Shown piece after piece: positions 56,088 through 64,000 of a stretch of 64,000 nt of DNA. Both the position numbers and the translations under genes were made by a program. Position 1 is the first letter of the stretch, and each line of letters begins with the position of its first letter. This DNA is from Planctomycetaceae bacterium (lineage in GTDB: Bacteria > Planctomycetota > Planctomycetia > Planctomycetales > Planctomycetaceae): assembly GCA_046349675.1 (NCBI GenBank), contig JAXMBW010000020.1, positions 2,741 through 66,740 on the forward strand. Direction: 5' to 3'. The notes beneath the pieces were generated by a model. That model saw nothing but the letters and a program-made list of their open reading frames with translations. It was not told the origin of the DNA and did not search any database.

Positions 56088-57884
56088 TCACCCGCTGAGG
56101 GTGGGTGACTCGGGGCTGTCCATCTCTTCGCGATGGGCGGGCCACTTCAGAGTGAAACGGGCCCCGGCATTCGCCTGGCTCTCGATCGTGATCTCGCCGC
56201 CATGCTCGCGCAGAATCTTCTGACTGGCCGCCAGTCCGATCCCCGTACCGGCTGACCCCTTGGACGACTCAAACAAGTTGAACAGCTTGGCCTGCTCGAC
56301 CGGGTCGATTCCGGGGCCGTTGTCGCTGACCTGGATCGCCATCTGGTCTCGGCTGGCGTCGTAACGAGTGGTGATGTCGATGACCGGTGATTCCGTCTGG
56401 CGGAGGGCATCGAGTGCGTTGATCACGATATTAAGTGCCGCCCGGTGGATTCCCTCCTGATCGTACAGGCTTTCGGGGATGTCTTTCGCCAGGTGGGTAA
56501 TGATTTTCACCCCTTCCTCATCGGCGCGGGGCTGAATGAGATCGACAACATCCTGCACGGTGTGATTGAGGTTCGCCCGTTCGAGCTTCGGACGACGCTC
56601 CTTCCCGAAGGCCAACATGTCCATCACCAGGTTGTAGATCCGATCCTGGTTCCGTTCGAGGATGCTCCACCCCTTAAGAATCAGGTCATCATTCACATCG
56701 TCGAGCCCCATCTTGATCAGGTGGCTGCCGCCTTTCATTCCCTGCAGAATGTTCTTGATGTGGTGACTGAGCATTGCAATCGCCTGGCCCACAGCGGCGA
56801 GACGTTCAGCCTGGACGAGTGCCTGTTGAAAGCGATTCGACTCCACCGCCAGAGCGGACTGACGCCCGATGGCAGTGAGGAGTTTCATGGTCTCTTCGTT
56901 GAACCGAGACCCGCCCGGAAAACGCATCGAATCGATCGACGGCGTGGTCGTGTCGACATAGATCACTCCCATCAGTTCGTAGCGTCCCTGCATCGGGACG
57001 CACATCGCCTCGCGAATTCCCGATTGCAGAACGCTGGGAGCCTCTTCAAAGCGTCGGTCATGCCGGGCGTCGGTCGTGCGTACAGCCACACCACCCCGGA
57101 TGACATGCTCCACAATGCTGGTCGAAAGCGGGATGCGCTCGCTGGCATCGGTCCCCGCCCGGAACGCGACCACCCGCGGCTCGATACGGTCGGTCTTGCT
57201 GTCTGCCACCAGCATACACCCGCGGTCAGCTCCCACAGCTCCGAGCGTCAAATCGAGGATCCGCTGCAGAATCTCATCGAGTGAACCCGAGGGACGAACC
57301 GCTTCTTCCGAGATGCGATAGAGCAGCTGAAGATTCGCTCCCGCAGCTGTCGAGCTGCTGAGGCGAGCAGCTGTTTCCTCGACGAAGGTCCGGCCACCAT
57401 CTCCCGACGATTGCGAGACGATCCGCGACTGGTCGGCGGGATGTTCCGGCCCCATCAACTGAACACGATCGGCCGCCTTGCGATTGGCTCGCGTGAAGTG
57501 ACACACCAGGATCGAACGACCGATCTGGATCTGGTCGCCATCCTTCAAGATCCGTTTGCGAATCATCGTCCCATTGACGAAGGTGCCGTTCGAGCTGCCT
57601 TCATCGGTGATGCGCCATCCATCCGTGTCAGTCCAGCGCATGAACGCATGGCGACGCGAGGACTCGGTGTCGTGCAGCTGGATGTCGTTAACGGCTCCAC
57701 GGCCGATCGTAATTTCGTCCTGGGTGAATTCGTACCGCTGCCCCTGATCGGGTCCCTGAATCAAGAGAAGGGTGACAAGCGGCACGGAACGGATTCCTGT
57801 TAGAATAAGGAGCTGACAATCGGGATTTCGGCCACCAGAACAGTGAGACGACCGCTCGGATTCTACCGGTCTCCTCAACGACAT
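56088..57884 (-). CDS. FHA - GAF - histidine kinase
   Basis: The FHA block is ITIGRG..DIQLHD..SRRHA...GSSNGTFVNG. A GAF-like middle region follows. The H-box is AIAMLSHHIKNIL and the ATPase blocks are DNGPGI and GTGIGLA. Start options are ATG 57884 or GTG 57785 (AGGA 9 nt upstream). The ORF is open to 58007. Confidence 0.8.
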   Translation of the reverse strand: MSLRRPVESERSSHCSGGRNPDCQLLILTGIRSVPLVTLLLIQGPDQGQRYEFTQDEITIGRGAVNDIQLHDTESSRRHAFMRWTDTDGWRITDEGSSNGTFVNGTMIRKRILKDGDQIQIGRSILVCHFTRANRKAADRVQLMGPEHPADQSRIVSQSSGDGGRTFVEETAARLSSSTAAGANLQLLYRISEEAVRPSGSLDEILQRILDLTLGAVGADRGCMLVADSKTDRIEPRVVAFRAGTDASERIPLSTSIVEHVIRGGVAVRTTDARHDRRFEEAPSVLQSGIREAMCVPMQGRYELMGVIYVDTTTPSIDSMRFPGGSRFNEETMKLLTAIGRQSALAVESNRFQQALVQAERLAAVGQAIAMLSHHIKNILQGMKGGSHLIKMGLDDVNDDLILKGWSILERNQDRIYNLVMDMLAFGKERRPKLERANLNHTVQDVVDLIQPRADEEGVKIITHLAKDIPESLYDQEGIHRAALNIVINALDALRQTESPVIDITTRYDASRDQMAIQVSDNGPGIDPVEQAKLFNLFESSKGSAGTGIGLAASQKILREHGGEITIESQANAGARFTLKWPAHREEMDSPESPTLSG

Positions 57885-58121
57885 CACGAGTCCACAGGCC
57901 AGACGAGTGAAGAAACAGCGACACAGGTTGCGATTGTTCGCATCAACAACGCCTGTTCTGACTAAGTTTCCCAGGGGACTCATCGACTGGAAATCGGCGC
58001 AACCCATTCATTTCGCAGGTCTTGAAATGTGCAGCGTTGGACGATTCGAGATTGATTGCATCGCTGGATCGGTCCGTCTACACTACGGGGCTTCCGTTCT
58101 CGTCAGCCCCTGGAGCCAGTG

Positions 58122-58241
58122 ATGGTTTACCGCCCCCGTACCAAGGCCAAAATCGCCAAGAAGCAGAAGCGTTGCAGCAAGTGCAACGCGTTGGTCAGCT
58201 ACCGTTCCCGCTGCAAGAAGTGCCACAAGGCAGTTAGCTAA
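58122..58241 (+). CDS. small (39 aa) basic Cys4 zinc-ribbon protein
   Basis: The sequence is MVYRPRTKAKIAKKQKRCSKCNALVSYRSRCKKCHKAVS. GGAG lies 6 nt upstream of the ATG. The motif is C-x2-C-x9-C-x2-C. It ends 24 nt upstream of the RidA gene. Confidence 0.55.
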   Translation: MVYRPRTKAKIAKKQKRCSKCNALVSYRSRCKKCHKAVS

Positions 58242-58265
58242 CCCCTTAATCCAGAATGGGTTGCA

Positions 58266-58727
58266 ATGAGCGCCGAGTCTCGACTGACAGAGTTGGGCCT
58301 GATTCTTCCTCCGGTTCCTAAGGCGGGCGGAATCTACAAGCCGGTCGTTCAGGTGGGTCAGCTGATCTACGTGTCGGGCCATGGTCCGATGCGTACTGAT
58401 GGAACTCTGATTACCGGAAAGGTCGGCCTCGATCTGACGGAAGAACAGGGTTTTGAGGCGGCACGCGCTGTCGGATTGACCCTGCTGGCGACTGTCCGGG
58501 CCCATTTGGGATCTCTGGACCGCATTCAGCGAACGATCAAGACGCTCGGCATGGTGAACGCCACGCCAGACTTCCAGCGACACCCCGCTGTCATCAATGG
58601 GTTCAGCCAATTGCTGAAGGACATCTTCGGCGAAGATGGCGTCGGAGCCCGCAGTGCCGTCGGGATGGGTTCACTTCCCGGGAATATCGCTGTGGAAGTC
58701 GAAGTGATCTTCGAACTGAAGTCCTAG
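58266..58727 (+). CDS. RidA/YjgF family protein
   Basis: 153 aa. GQLIYVSGHGP and ARSAVGMGSLPGNIAVEVEVIFEL are family blocks. Confidence 0.8.
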   Translation: MSAESRLTELGLILPPVPKAGGIYKPVVQVGQLIYVSGHGPMRTDGTLITGKVGLDLTEEQGFEAARAVGLTLLATVRAHLGSLDRIQRTIKTLGMVNATPDFQRHPAVINGFSQLLKDIFGEDGVGARSAVGMGSLPGNIAVEVEVIFELKS

Positions 58728-58755
58728 TTCTCACTTCCAAAGTCAATAGACATTC

Positions 58756-58792
58756 GACTTCGCGTCTCGATGGGATGCGAAGTCTTTTTTTT
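58756..58792 (+). terminator. intrinsic terminator after the RidA gene
   Basis: GACTTCGC (58756-58763) pairs with GCGAAGTC (58777-58784). A T8 run follows. Confidence 0.75.
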
Positions 58793-58902
58793 CGGGGTGG
58801 CTCAACCGGGAAATTTGTATGACTCCCGGGTATCCTGATTAATGAGTACCTCAACTCTGTCGAGTTGAGGTACGTTGGTCACTCCCGAAAGAGGATTCTC
58901 AA

Positions 58903-59253
58903 ATGAAGCGAATTGCATCTTTGGCATTGGCAATGGGTCTGATGGTCGGTTGTGAAAAGGCCTCTGAGCCTAAAGGTCCTGTTGTAGACCCAGCAGTCGC
59001 AGAAAAGGCCCAAGAGGCGCTGGACAAGGCAGAGGCTAAGGTTGGCGAAGCTGTCGACAAGGCCAAGGAAGCAGTAGACACTGGCAAGGAAAAGGTTGAA
59101 GAAGCCGCTCAGAAGGCCGGTGAGGTCGTCGATCAGGCCAAGGAGAAGGCTGGAGAAGCTGCTGAGAAGACTGGCGAGGCCGTCAAGGAAGCTGGCGAGA
59201 AGCTGAAGGACGCCGGAGAAGCCGTGAAGGATGCTGCCAAGCCCAATCCGTAA
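58903..59253 (+). CDS. small lipoprotein with LEA/apolipoprotein-like Lys/Glu/Ala repeats
   Basis: It has a lipobox (LALAMGLMVGC). About 85 aa of reiterated KAGEAV/EKAKEA units with roughly 11-residue periodicity follow. Confidence 0.7.
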   Translation: MKRIASLALAMGLMVGCEKASEPKGPVVDPAVAEKAQEALDKAEAKVGEAVDKAKEAVDTGKEKVEEAAQKAGEVVDQAKEKAGEAAEKTGEAVKEAGEKLKDAGEAVKDAAKPNP

Positions 59254-59281
59254 TAGATTGGCAACAGCTTAACAACAAAAA

Positions 59282-59317
59282 AGCGATGGCGGGATCAGTT
59301 CCCACCACCGCTTTTTT
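59282..59317. terminator. bidirectional terminator-like hairpin between convergent genes
   Basis: AGCGATGGCGGG pairs with CCCACCACCGCT, giving 12 bp with 2 mismatches. It is flanked by an A-run upstream and T5 downstream. Confidence 0.55.
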
Positions 59318-59372
59318 CGTACAAGCCAACTGTTATTGCCAGTGACACCCGCTGGTTACCCGACGACCTGGC

Positions 59373-61559
59373 TCACACTTGCCAGTTCCGGATATCGAAA
59401 TCGTCAGCGGGCACCGTCAATTCGATCATCCCCTCGGAGGGAATGCGGTCGAGGCTGTTGCGGGCCTCAAACAGCTCCACATAGAAGTGGATCCCCTGCC
59501 CCGCTGTCAGCCCCAGATCAACCAGCGGAATTGACACGACAGCCACATCTCCGACAGCTGCAGCGGCGACCGACTTCTCGGGGGTTCCGCCACGGAACAA
59601 CGTCAATTCCAAAGCCCCTGCGTCAAACAACTTCACGCGGACTTCGTGTCCATCTGGCTCCAGGAAGCGAATCCGAAGCTCCTGACCGGGCTGGAGGTCA
59701 TCCTTGGCCCGGGACGCCGTGTCACAGCGAATCAGCAGCGACTTCTTGTCGAAGCCAAAATAGAGATTGCGGATGACACCCTGGGTCACGCGAGCCATTG
59801 TGCCGCGTTCAGATCCGGCCAGAAAATGCCCCGCCCCCATCCACTCGAAGTACCGGCGTCGGCCATCGGGCTTCACTTCCAACAGGTGTCGCGGCTGGGT
59901 GTGAATGCTTTCCTTGTGGATCTGGCAAATCGGACGCAACAGCACGTTCGGCGGCGACTCGCCCAGCAGGCGGAAAACGTTCTGCAGGTGACGCCGGAAG
60001 AGTTGATCGAACAGATCGTCCTGGCCCGACGAACGATCGTCGCCGTACCACCAGAACCAGTCACTCCCCTCGGCGATGTCGAGTTCGCGCCACGCCTTGT
60101 CGAGGGTGGCCTGATCGAACTTTCCGCTGGCGACCTGCTGCTTGAGGAACTCCCGCGTGAGGTGCAGGATGTCCCACCCCTGGCGATCCTCGGAATGGCC
60201 GATCCAGATGTAGAAGTCGGAGTTAATCCAGCTTCCCGCGTGCAGCTTGTGTAGGCGTTCGGGTGCGGGAGCCATCTCCAGGTGATCGCAGATCCGCATC
60301 GGACGCACATCGGAGTGTCGTACCGCCTCGCGATACAACGTCCGCAAGAACACCACACCGCCATCGCGATAGTGTTCCCAGCAGTTCTCCCCATCGAGGA
60401 CGACCGGCACAATGACCGGCCGATCGGGATTGTCGCGACGAATGACACGTCCGATCTCCGCACTCGAATTGAGCAAGGTATGCGCCGCTGAGACCGGGTC
60501 TTGCCGCTGAGCCTCGAACCCGATGAAGTCGCTCAGCCCCAAGTCGCGGAAGATCAGCTGGAGTGATTGCCCCTGATGCTCCCAGCGCCAGGGACGGTAG
60601 AGCAAATCGGGTCGGTTAATCCGCTTGTGCCCGTCGCGGTGGATCGCCCCATCCAGTGATCGCGAGAGGATTCCCTCGTCGGTCGCGATCCACTGAATCC
60701 CGGCCTCAATGATCGCCGGAAGAATGTCTGCCGAGACGGAGCCCTCTGATGGCCACATGCCACGCGGCTTGCGACCGAACAGCTTCGTATGCAGCTCCAC
60801 AGCTGTGCGAATGTGGCGAACCGCGTCCTCGGCGTAACTTTCCAGAGAGTTCGGCAACTGGCAGTTCGGCATCGCCTGCCGCGCGGAACGTTTATCCCAT
60901 AGGAGGGGCAGGATCGGGTGGTAGAATGGCGTCGTCGTCAGCTCGACCTGACCGCTGTCTTGCAGTTCTTTGTGCAGCGGGATGACCTGAGCCACGATGT
61001 CTCGTTGCTTCGCCAGAAGCCACTGTTTGTCGGCTTCGGTATAGTCACGGGCTTTCTCGCGGAACTCCTTGAGCTCGACATCCTGCTCGAACAACAGCTC
61101 ATGGAACCACGACAGGTTATGCCACACCTGCAAGTCGCGCATGTCCTGCGACGTAAAGCGAGTGATGGCCGCATCGGTCGCCGATGGCTGGGTGAAACGC
61201 TTGCGATGCAGTTCAAGATACCGGGGGAACGGGCGAATCATCGATTCGAGATTCGCCGCAAAGAAGTTGTCGACCAGATACCGAGCATCGTGCATGGACA
61301 ACCCGTCGGCGGGCATCCGTGACACATCAAGATGACGATCACTGCCCCCAGCTGCGTAGCGCTGGATCTGGACGAGCAGACTCGGAACCAGATTGATGGA
61401 GCAGCGGAACTCGGGAACCTCCTTGATGTGGAGGGCCATCCCGATGTAATCCTTCGTCGAATGAAACCGCACCCACGGCATCAGCGTTTCGCCCGCGACA
61501 TCGTCGGGGTAATACGGTTGGTGCTGATGCCAGAGAATCGCCAGAGAGACAGGGGGCAT
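59373..61559 (-). CDS. glycoside hydrolase family 57 protein (alpha-glucan active)
   Basis: LAILWHQHQPYY and PWVRFHSTKDY are N-terminal blocks characteristic of GH57. A long C-terminal extension follows. Confidence 0.8.
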   Translation of the reverse strand: MPPVSLAILWHQHQPYYPDDVAGETLMPWVRFHSTKDYIGMALHIKEVPEFRCSINLVPSLLVQIQRYAAGGSDRHLDVSRMPADGLSMHDARYLVDNFFAANLESMIRPFPRYLELHRKRFTQPSATDAAITRFTSQDMRDLQVWHNLSWFHELLFEQDVELKEFREKARDYTEADKQWLLAKQRDIVAQVIPLHKELQDSGQVELTTTPFYHPILPLLWDKRSARQAMPNCQLPNSLESYAEDAVRHIRTAVELHTKLFGRKPRGMWPSEGSVSADILPAIIEAGIQWIATDEGILSRSLDGAIHRDGHKRINRPDLLYRPWRWEHQGQSLQLIFRDLGLSDFIGFEAQRQDPVSAAHTLLNSSAEIGRVIRRDNPDRPVIVPVVLDGENCWEHYRDGGVVFLRTLYREAVRHSDVRPMRICDHLEMAPAPERLHKLHAGSWINSDFYIWIGHSEDRQGWDILHLTREFLKQQVASGKFDQATLDKAWRELDIAEGSDWFWWYGDDRSSGQDDLFDQLFRRHLQNVFRLLGESPPNVLLRPICQIHKESIHTQPRHLLEVKPDGRRRYFEWMGAGHFLAGSERGTMARVTQGVIRNLYFGFDKKSLLIRCDTASRAKDDLQPGQELRIRFLEPDGHEVRVKLFDAGALELTLFRGGTPEKSVAAAAVGDVAVVSIPLVDLGLTAGQGIHFYVELFEARNSLDRIPSEGMIELTVPADDFDIRNWQV

Positions 61560-61686
61560 GACCGATTCCTCTTATGACATGAGCGCTCCCGCAGTGTAGC
61601 AATTGCCACTGACCGGCGTCGGCGCGAAATGCCCGAGGAAATTGGTCACTTTTGGTGTTTGACGAGATTCAAGACCGAAATGACGG

Positions 61687-61725
61687 CAAAACCGGCCAGC
61701 GGTCTCGATTGACTGCTGGCCGGTT
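61687..61725 (-). terminator. intrinsic terminator downstream of the peroxiredoxin gene
   Basis: A perfect 11-bp stem pairs AACCGGCCAGC (61690-61700) with GCTGGCCGGTT (61715-61725). On the minus strand the stem runs into TTTTG. Confidence 0.6.
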
Positions 61726-61781
61726 CACGACTTTGACCTCACTGGTTCAGCGTAAGGCCGTTGATTGGCGACTCCGCAGCT

Positions 61782-62348
61782 TTACTTCGCCATCAAAACG
61801 TCCAGCACCTCGCCCGGTTTGCTTCGTCCACCGTGCTCCTGGCTGACCTTCCTGTAGGCGACCTTGAGGTCCTTCTGAATCACGAACGTCGAGGGGTATG
61901 CGGTCTCTTTCTCAGCATCCCAACGCAGATGATACGCATTCGTCAGGGTGTAATCGGGATCAACCAGCAGGTGAAAGTGATCTGGAACCGTCTTGTTCGC
62001 CACGAACTCCTTGGCCTTCTGAACGAGCCCCTCCGACGGGCCAGGATAGACGAACAACACCTGTGCGCCGGCGGCCTTGAACTTCTCAGCTTCTGCCAAA
62101 TATTGCCCCACCTGACGATTGCAGAGCGGACACTGATAGCCGGGGAATCCCCGCAACACGATCAGAACCACCGGACCTTGAGCGGCTGTCTTCGACAGTT
62201 TGACTTTGGCCCCAGTGACGGACATCAGCTCAAAGTCGGGGGCCTTGTCTCCGACCTGCGGAGGCATCTCAGCTGCCATCAGAGCGGGCATCATGCACAG
62301 TGCCCACATGGCGAGCAGGCAGGCGGCCAAAGATCGTCGATTCAGCAT
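61782..62348 (-). CDS. exported peroxiredoxin-like / redoxin (AhpC-TSA family) protein
   Basis: It has the signal MLNRRSLAACLLAMWALCMMPALMA and the blocks GDKAPDF and VLIVLRGFPGYQCPLCNRQ (CxxC). Confidence 0.75.
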   Translation of the reverse strand: MLNRRSLAACLLAMWALCMMPALMAAEMPPQVGDKAPDFELMSVTGAKVKLSKTAAQGPVVLIVLRGFPGYQCPLCNRQVGQYLAEAEKFKAAGAQVLFVYPGPSEGLVQKAKEFVANKTVPDHFHLLVDPDYTLTNAYHLRWDAEKETAYPSTFVIQKDLKVAYRKVSQEHGGRSKPGEVLDVLMAK

Positions 62349-62478
62349 GTTCTATTCTCCTGATTCAGGGAACTCCGGTGCCCCGATGTGATGGCGAAGC
62401 GGAGCTGCAGTGAGCCACATCATTCAGATGCACTGAACCTCAAACGGTTACAGACTTCTTCCGAAATTCCCCGAGTGC

Positions 62479-62766
62479 TCAGAGTGGCGAATCAGACCGA
62501 TCTGAAGGTGTCTCCCCTCCCATGGCATGACGGGCCTTTAAGATCTCTTGAACAAGATCCTCCGGAACCTCGATCGGCCCGGCATCCGCCTCAGCGTGTC
62601 GTACTGCCTGCTGGCTGGCAACGATGGTCGCTTCGTAGTTGTGCAGATACCACCGGCAGTGCTCGCAGCAGAGCAGGTGCAGTTTGAACGCAGCCTCCCG
62701 CGTTAGCGACAATCGCCCCTCCCGGTAATCCGCGAGTGATTCAATCAGTTGTTCGCAGGTCAACAT
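62479..62766 (-). CDS. soluble zinc-binding anti-sigma factor (ZAS, zf-HC2)
   Basis: 95 aa with no TM segment. The ligand pattern is C4-x25-H30-x3-C34-x2-C37. Its start overlaps the sigma gene stop (ATGTTGA). Confidence 0.8.
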   Translation of the reverse strand: MLTCEQLIESLADYREGRLSLTREAAFKLHLLCCEHCRWYLHNYEATIVASQQAVRHAEADAGPIEVPEDLVQEILKARHAMGGETPSDRSDSPL

Positions 62767-63380
62767 GGCGGCGGTCCTCCCAACAGCGGATCGAGCAATG
62801 TTCGCAGTGCTTGCCGGGCTCGGTGTAAGCGGACTTTCACCGCATTCGCACTGAGATCGAGCAGCTGGGCAACGGCCTCCGTGTCGAGTTCCTCAATATC
62901 GCGCAGCAGGAGAACCGTTCGGTACGATTCAGGCAGCTTCGCAATTTGATCCCGAACGATTTGCCGGGTTTCTGCCCGCTCAAGTTCAATCGCTGTGTCT
63001 GCCCATGTCGGGGACGGTGCTGTTTGATGTCCGTCACTGAGGAAGGTGGGGAGCAGATCCTCGATGGAGCATTCGGGCTGACGCTGTCGGGTTCGAATCT
63101 TCATCAGGCACGAATTGACCACAACGCGGTGAAGCCAGGTCGACAAGCTGGCGCGGCCATCGAAGGTTGGCAGCGCCTTGAATGCCGACAGAAATGCATC
63201 CTGCACGGCATCGCGGGCATCCTCTTCCATCGCGAGGTACCGCCGGGCGACCGACAGCATTCTTCCGCCCTGCGATCGCACCAGTTGCTCAAATGCGACC
63301 TCATCACCGGCGCGTAAGCTCTCAACCAGCGTTTGGTCTTCCGCCGGTGCGAGTTTCTCGTTCGGTTCCAAACGATCCAT
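62760..63380 (-). CDS. ECF-type RNA polymerase sigma factor
   Basis: Region 2 is DAVQDAFLSAFKAL..STWLHRVVVNSCL. Region 4 is LRDIEELDTEAVAQLLDLSANAVKVRLHRAR. Confidence 0.85.
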   Translation of the reverse strand: MDRLEPNEKLAPAEDQTLVESLRAGDEVAFEQLVRSQGGRMLSVARRYLAMEEDARDAVQDAFLSAFKALPTFDGRASLSTWLHRVVVNSCLMKIRTRQRQPECSIEDLLPTFLSDGHQTAPSPTWADTAIELERAETRQIVRDQIAKLPESYRTVLLLRDIEELDTEAVAQLLDLSANAVKVRLHRARQALRTLLDPLLGGPPPC

Positions 63381-63409
63381 GCCTCAAAGGCTAAACCCGA
63401 TGGGCAGGT

Positions 63410-64000
63410 TCAGCAAGGATGCGATTCGCCGGGAACTCCTCGGGCCAATGAACGCAGCTGATCGACCAGATCGGGATGTTGCCCCGCCACGTTGAGCAGG
63501 TCCCAGGCATCCTCCGGCTTGAGCGTGAGCCACTCGATCTGCTCGGCTTCATGAGTCGACGAATCGTTCGCAGCTCGAACCAGCTGGGCGTCGGGGGTTC
63601 GAACGAGAGTCTCACCGGTGTGACTCGCCACCTGTACATCAGCTCGTCCGGGATGCGACTTCTCAATCACAGAGAGCAGGTCGACTGTCCCCACCTGAGC
63701 AGGCGTCTCCAAAGCGTCGCCCCCTAACCACTGGCAGATCGTGCGGGCGATGTCTGGAGTTTGAACCAGCTCCAGCACCGTCGATCCTCCCGCATGGCCC
63801 ACCCCTACCTGGACAAACAGTGGGACACGGACAAGTTCGGTGTGAAGCTGGACGGGGCGTTCAATCGGCAACTGATGCGGGAGATTGTCCCCTTGCAACC
63901 CGGTGATGATGAGCAGGCATTCTTCGTGGGCGTGTCGCTGAAATTCTCGGATCAGACGACCCACGCGATCATCAAGCTTCTCCACCGAGGCGGCGTACAG
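63410..64000 (-). CDS. sulfatase-like protein, C-terminal part; 5' end lies outside the window
   Basis: The frame is open to the window edge. LYAASVEKLDDRVGRLI matches the sulfatase YYA.V..lD..VGRLL block. The downstream SDHG position is degenerate (ITGLQG). Confidence 0.5.
   Translation of the reverse strand: MYAASVEKLDDRVGRLIREFQRHAHEECLLIITGLQGDNLPHQLPIERPVQLHTELVRVPLFVQVGVGHAGGSTVLELVQTPDIARTICQWLGGDALETPAQVGTVDLLSVIEKSHPGRADVQVASHTGETLVRTPDAQLVRAANDSSTHEAEQIEWLTLKPEDAWDLLNVAGQHPDLVDQLRSLARGVPGESHPC

Noticed and set aside
62349-62478. An ECF-type promoter upstream of the peroxiredoxin gene
   Set aside because: On the minus strand, a GGAAT followed by GTT occurs with a spacer of about 20 nt instead of 18. 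A GTAACC motif occurs without a matching -10 element. The evidence is too weak to annotate, so it is left as a test in the finding.

Overview
This is a GC-rich bacterial chromosomal segment, densely coding on both strands. I call about 47 protein genes and one tRNA-Gln. I saw no rRNA, CRISPR array, transposase, integrase or phage genes. The gene content suggests Planctomycetota, which is an inference. The supporting features are a DUF1501 protein, a giant exoprotein with an LEDRTLLA leader motif, giant ORFans, a sulfatase-like gene, an ECF sigma factor, an FHA-kinase, a GH57 enzyme and dispersed intergenic palindromes. Recognisable housekeeping genes are mutL, metF, panD, argC and rpsD.

The most notable observations are:
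1. A 9.55-kb pair of translationally coupled giant ORFan membrane proteins (21883-31433). Together they repeat one architecture three times: N-terminal anchor, very large extracytoplasmic region, then a cluster of three transmembrane (TM) helices.
2. mutL is split into two reading frames exactly at a G5 homopolymer.
3. Two families of intergenic palindromic repeats: a 22-nt REP-like hairpin at four loci, and a long CACGAA-rich inverted repeat.
4. A roughly 1350-aa beta-helix plus RTX exoprotein containing five 345-bp tandem coding repeats.
5. A sigma54-activator-like regulator with all catalytic motifs degenerate, lying upstream of a His/Cys-rich protein and a heavy-metal RND pair with no outer-membrane factor.
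6. An ECF sigma factor, an RsrA-like zinc anti-sigma factor and an exported peroxiredoxin in one module.
7. Two small ORFs missing from, or hidden within, the ORF track.

All functional calls come from motif recognition by eye. No searches or computations were run, and identity percentages are rough visual estimates.
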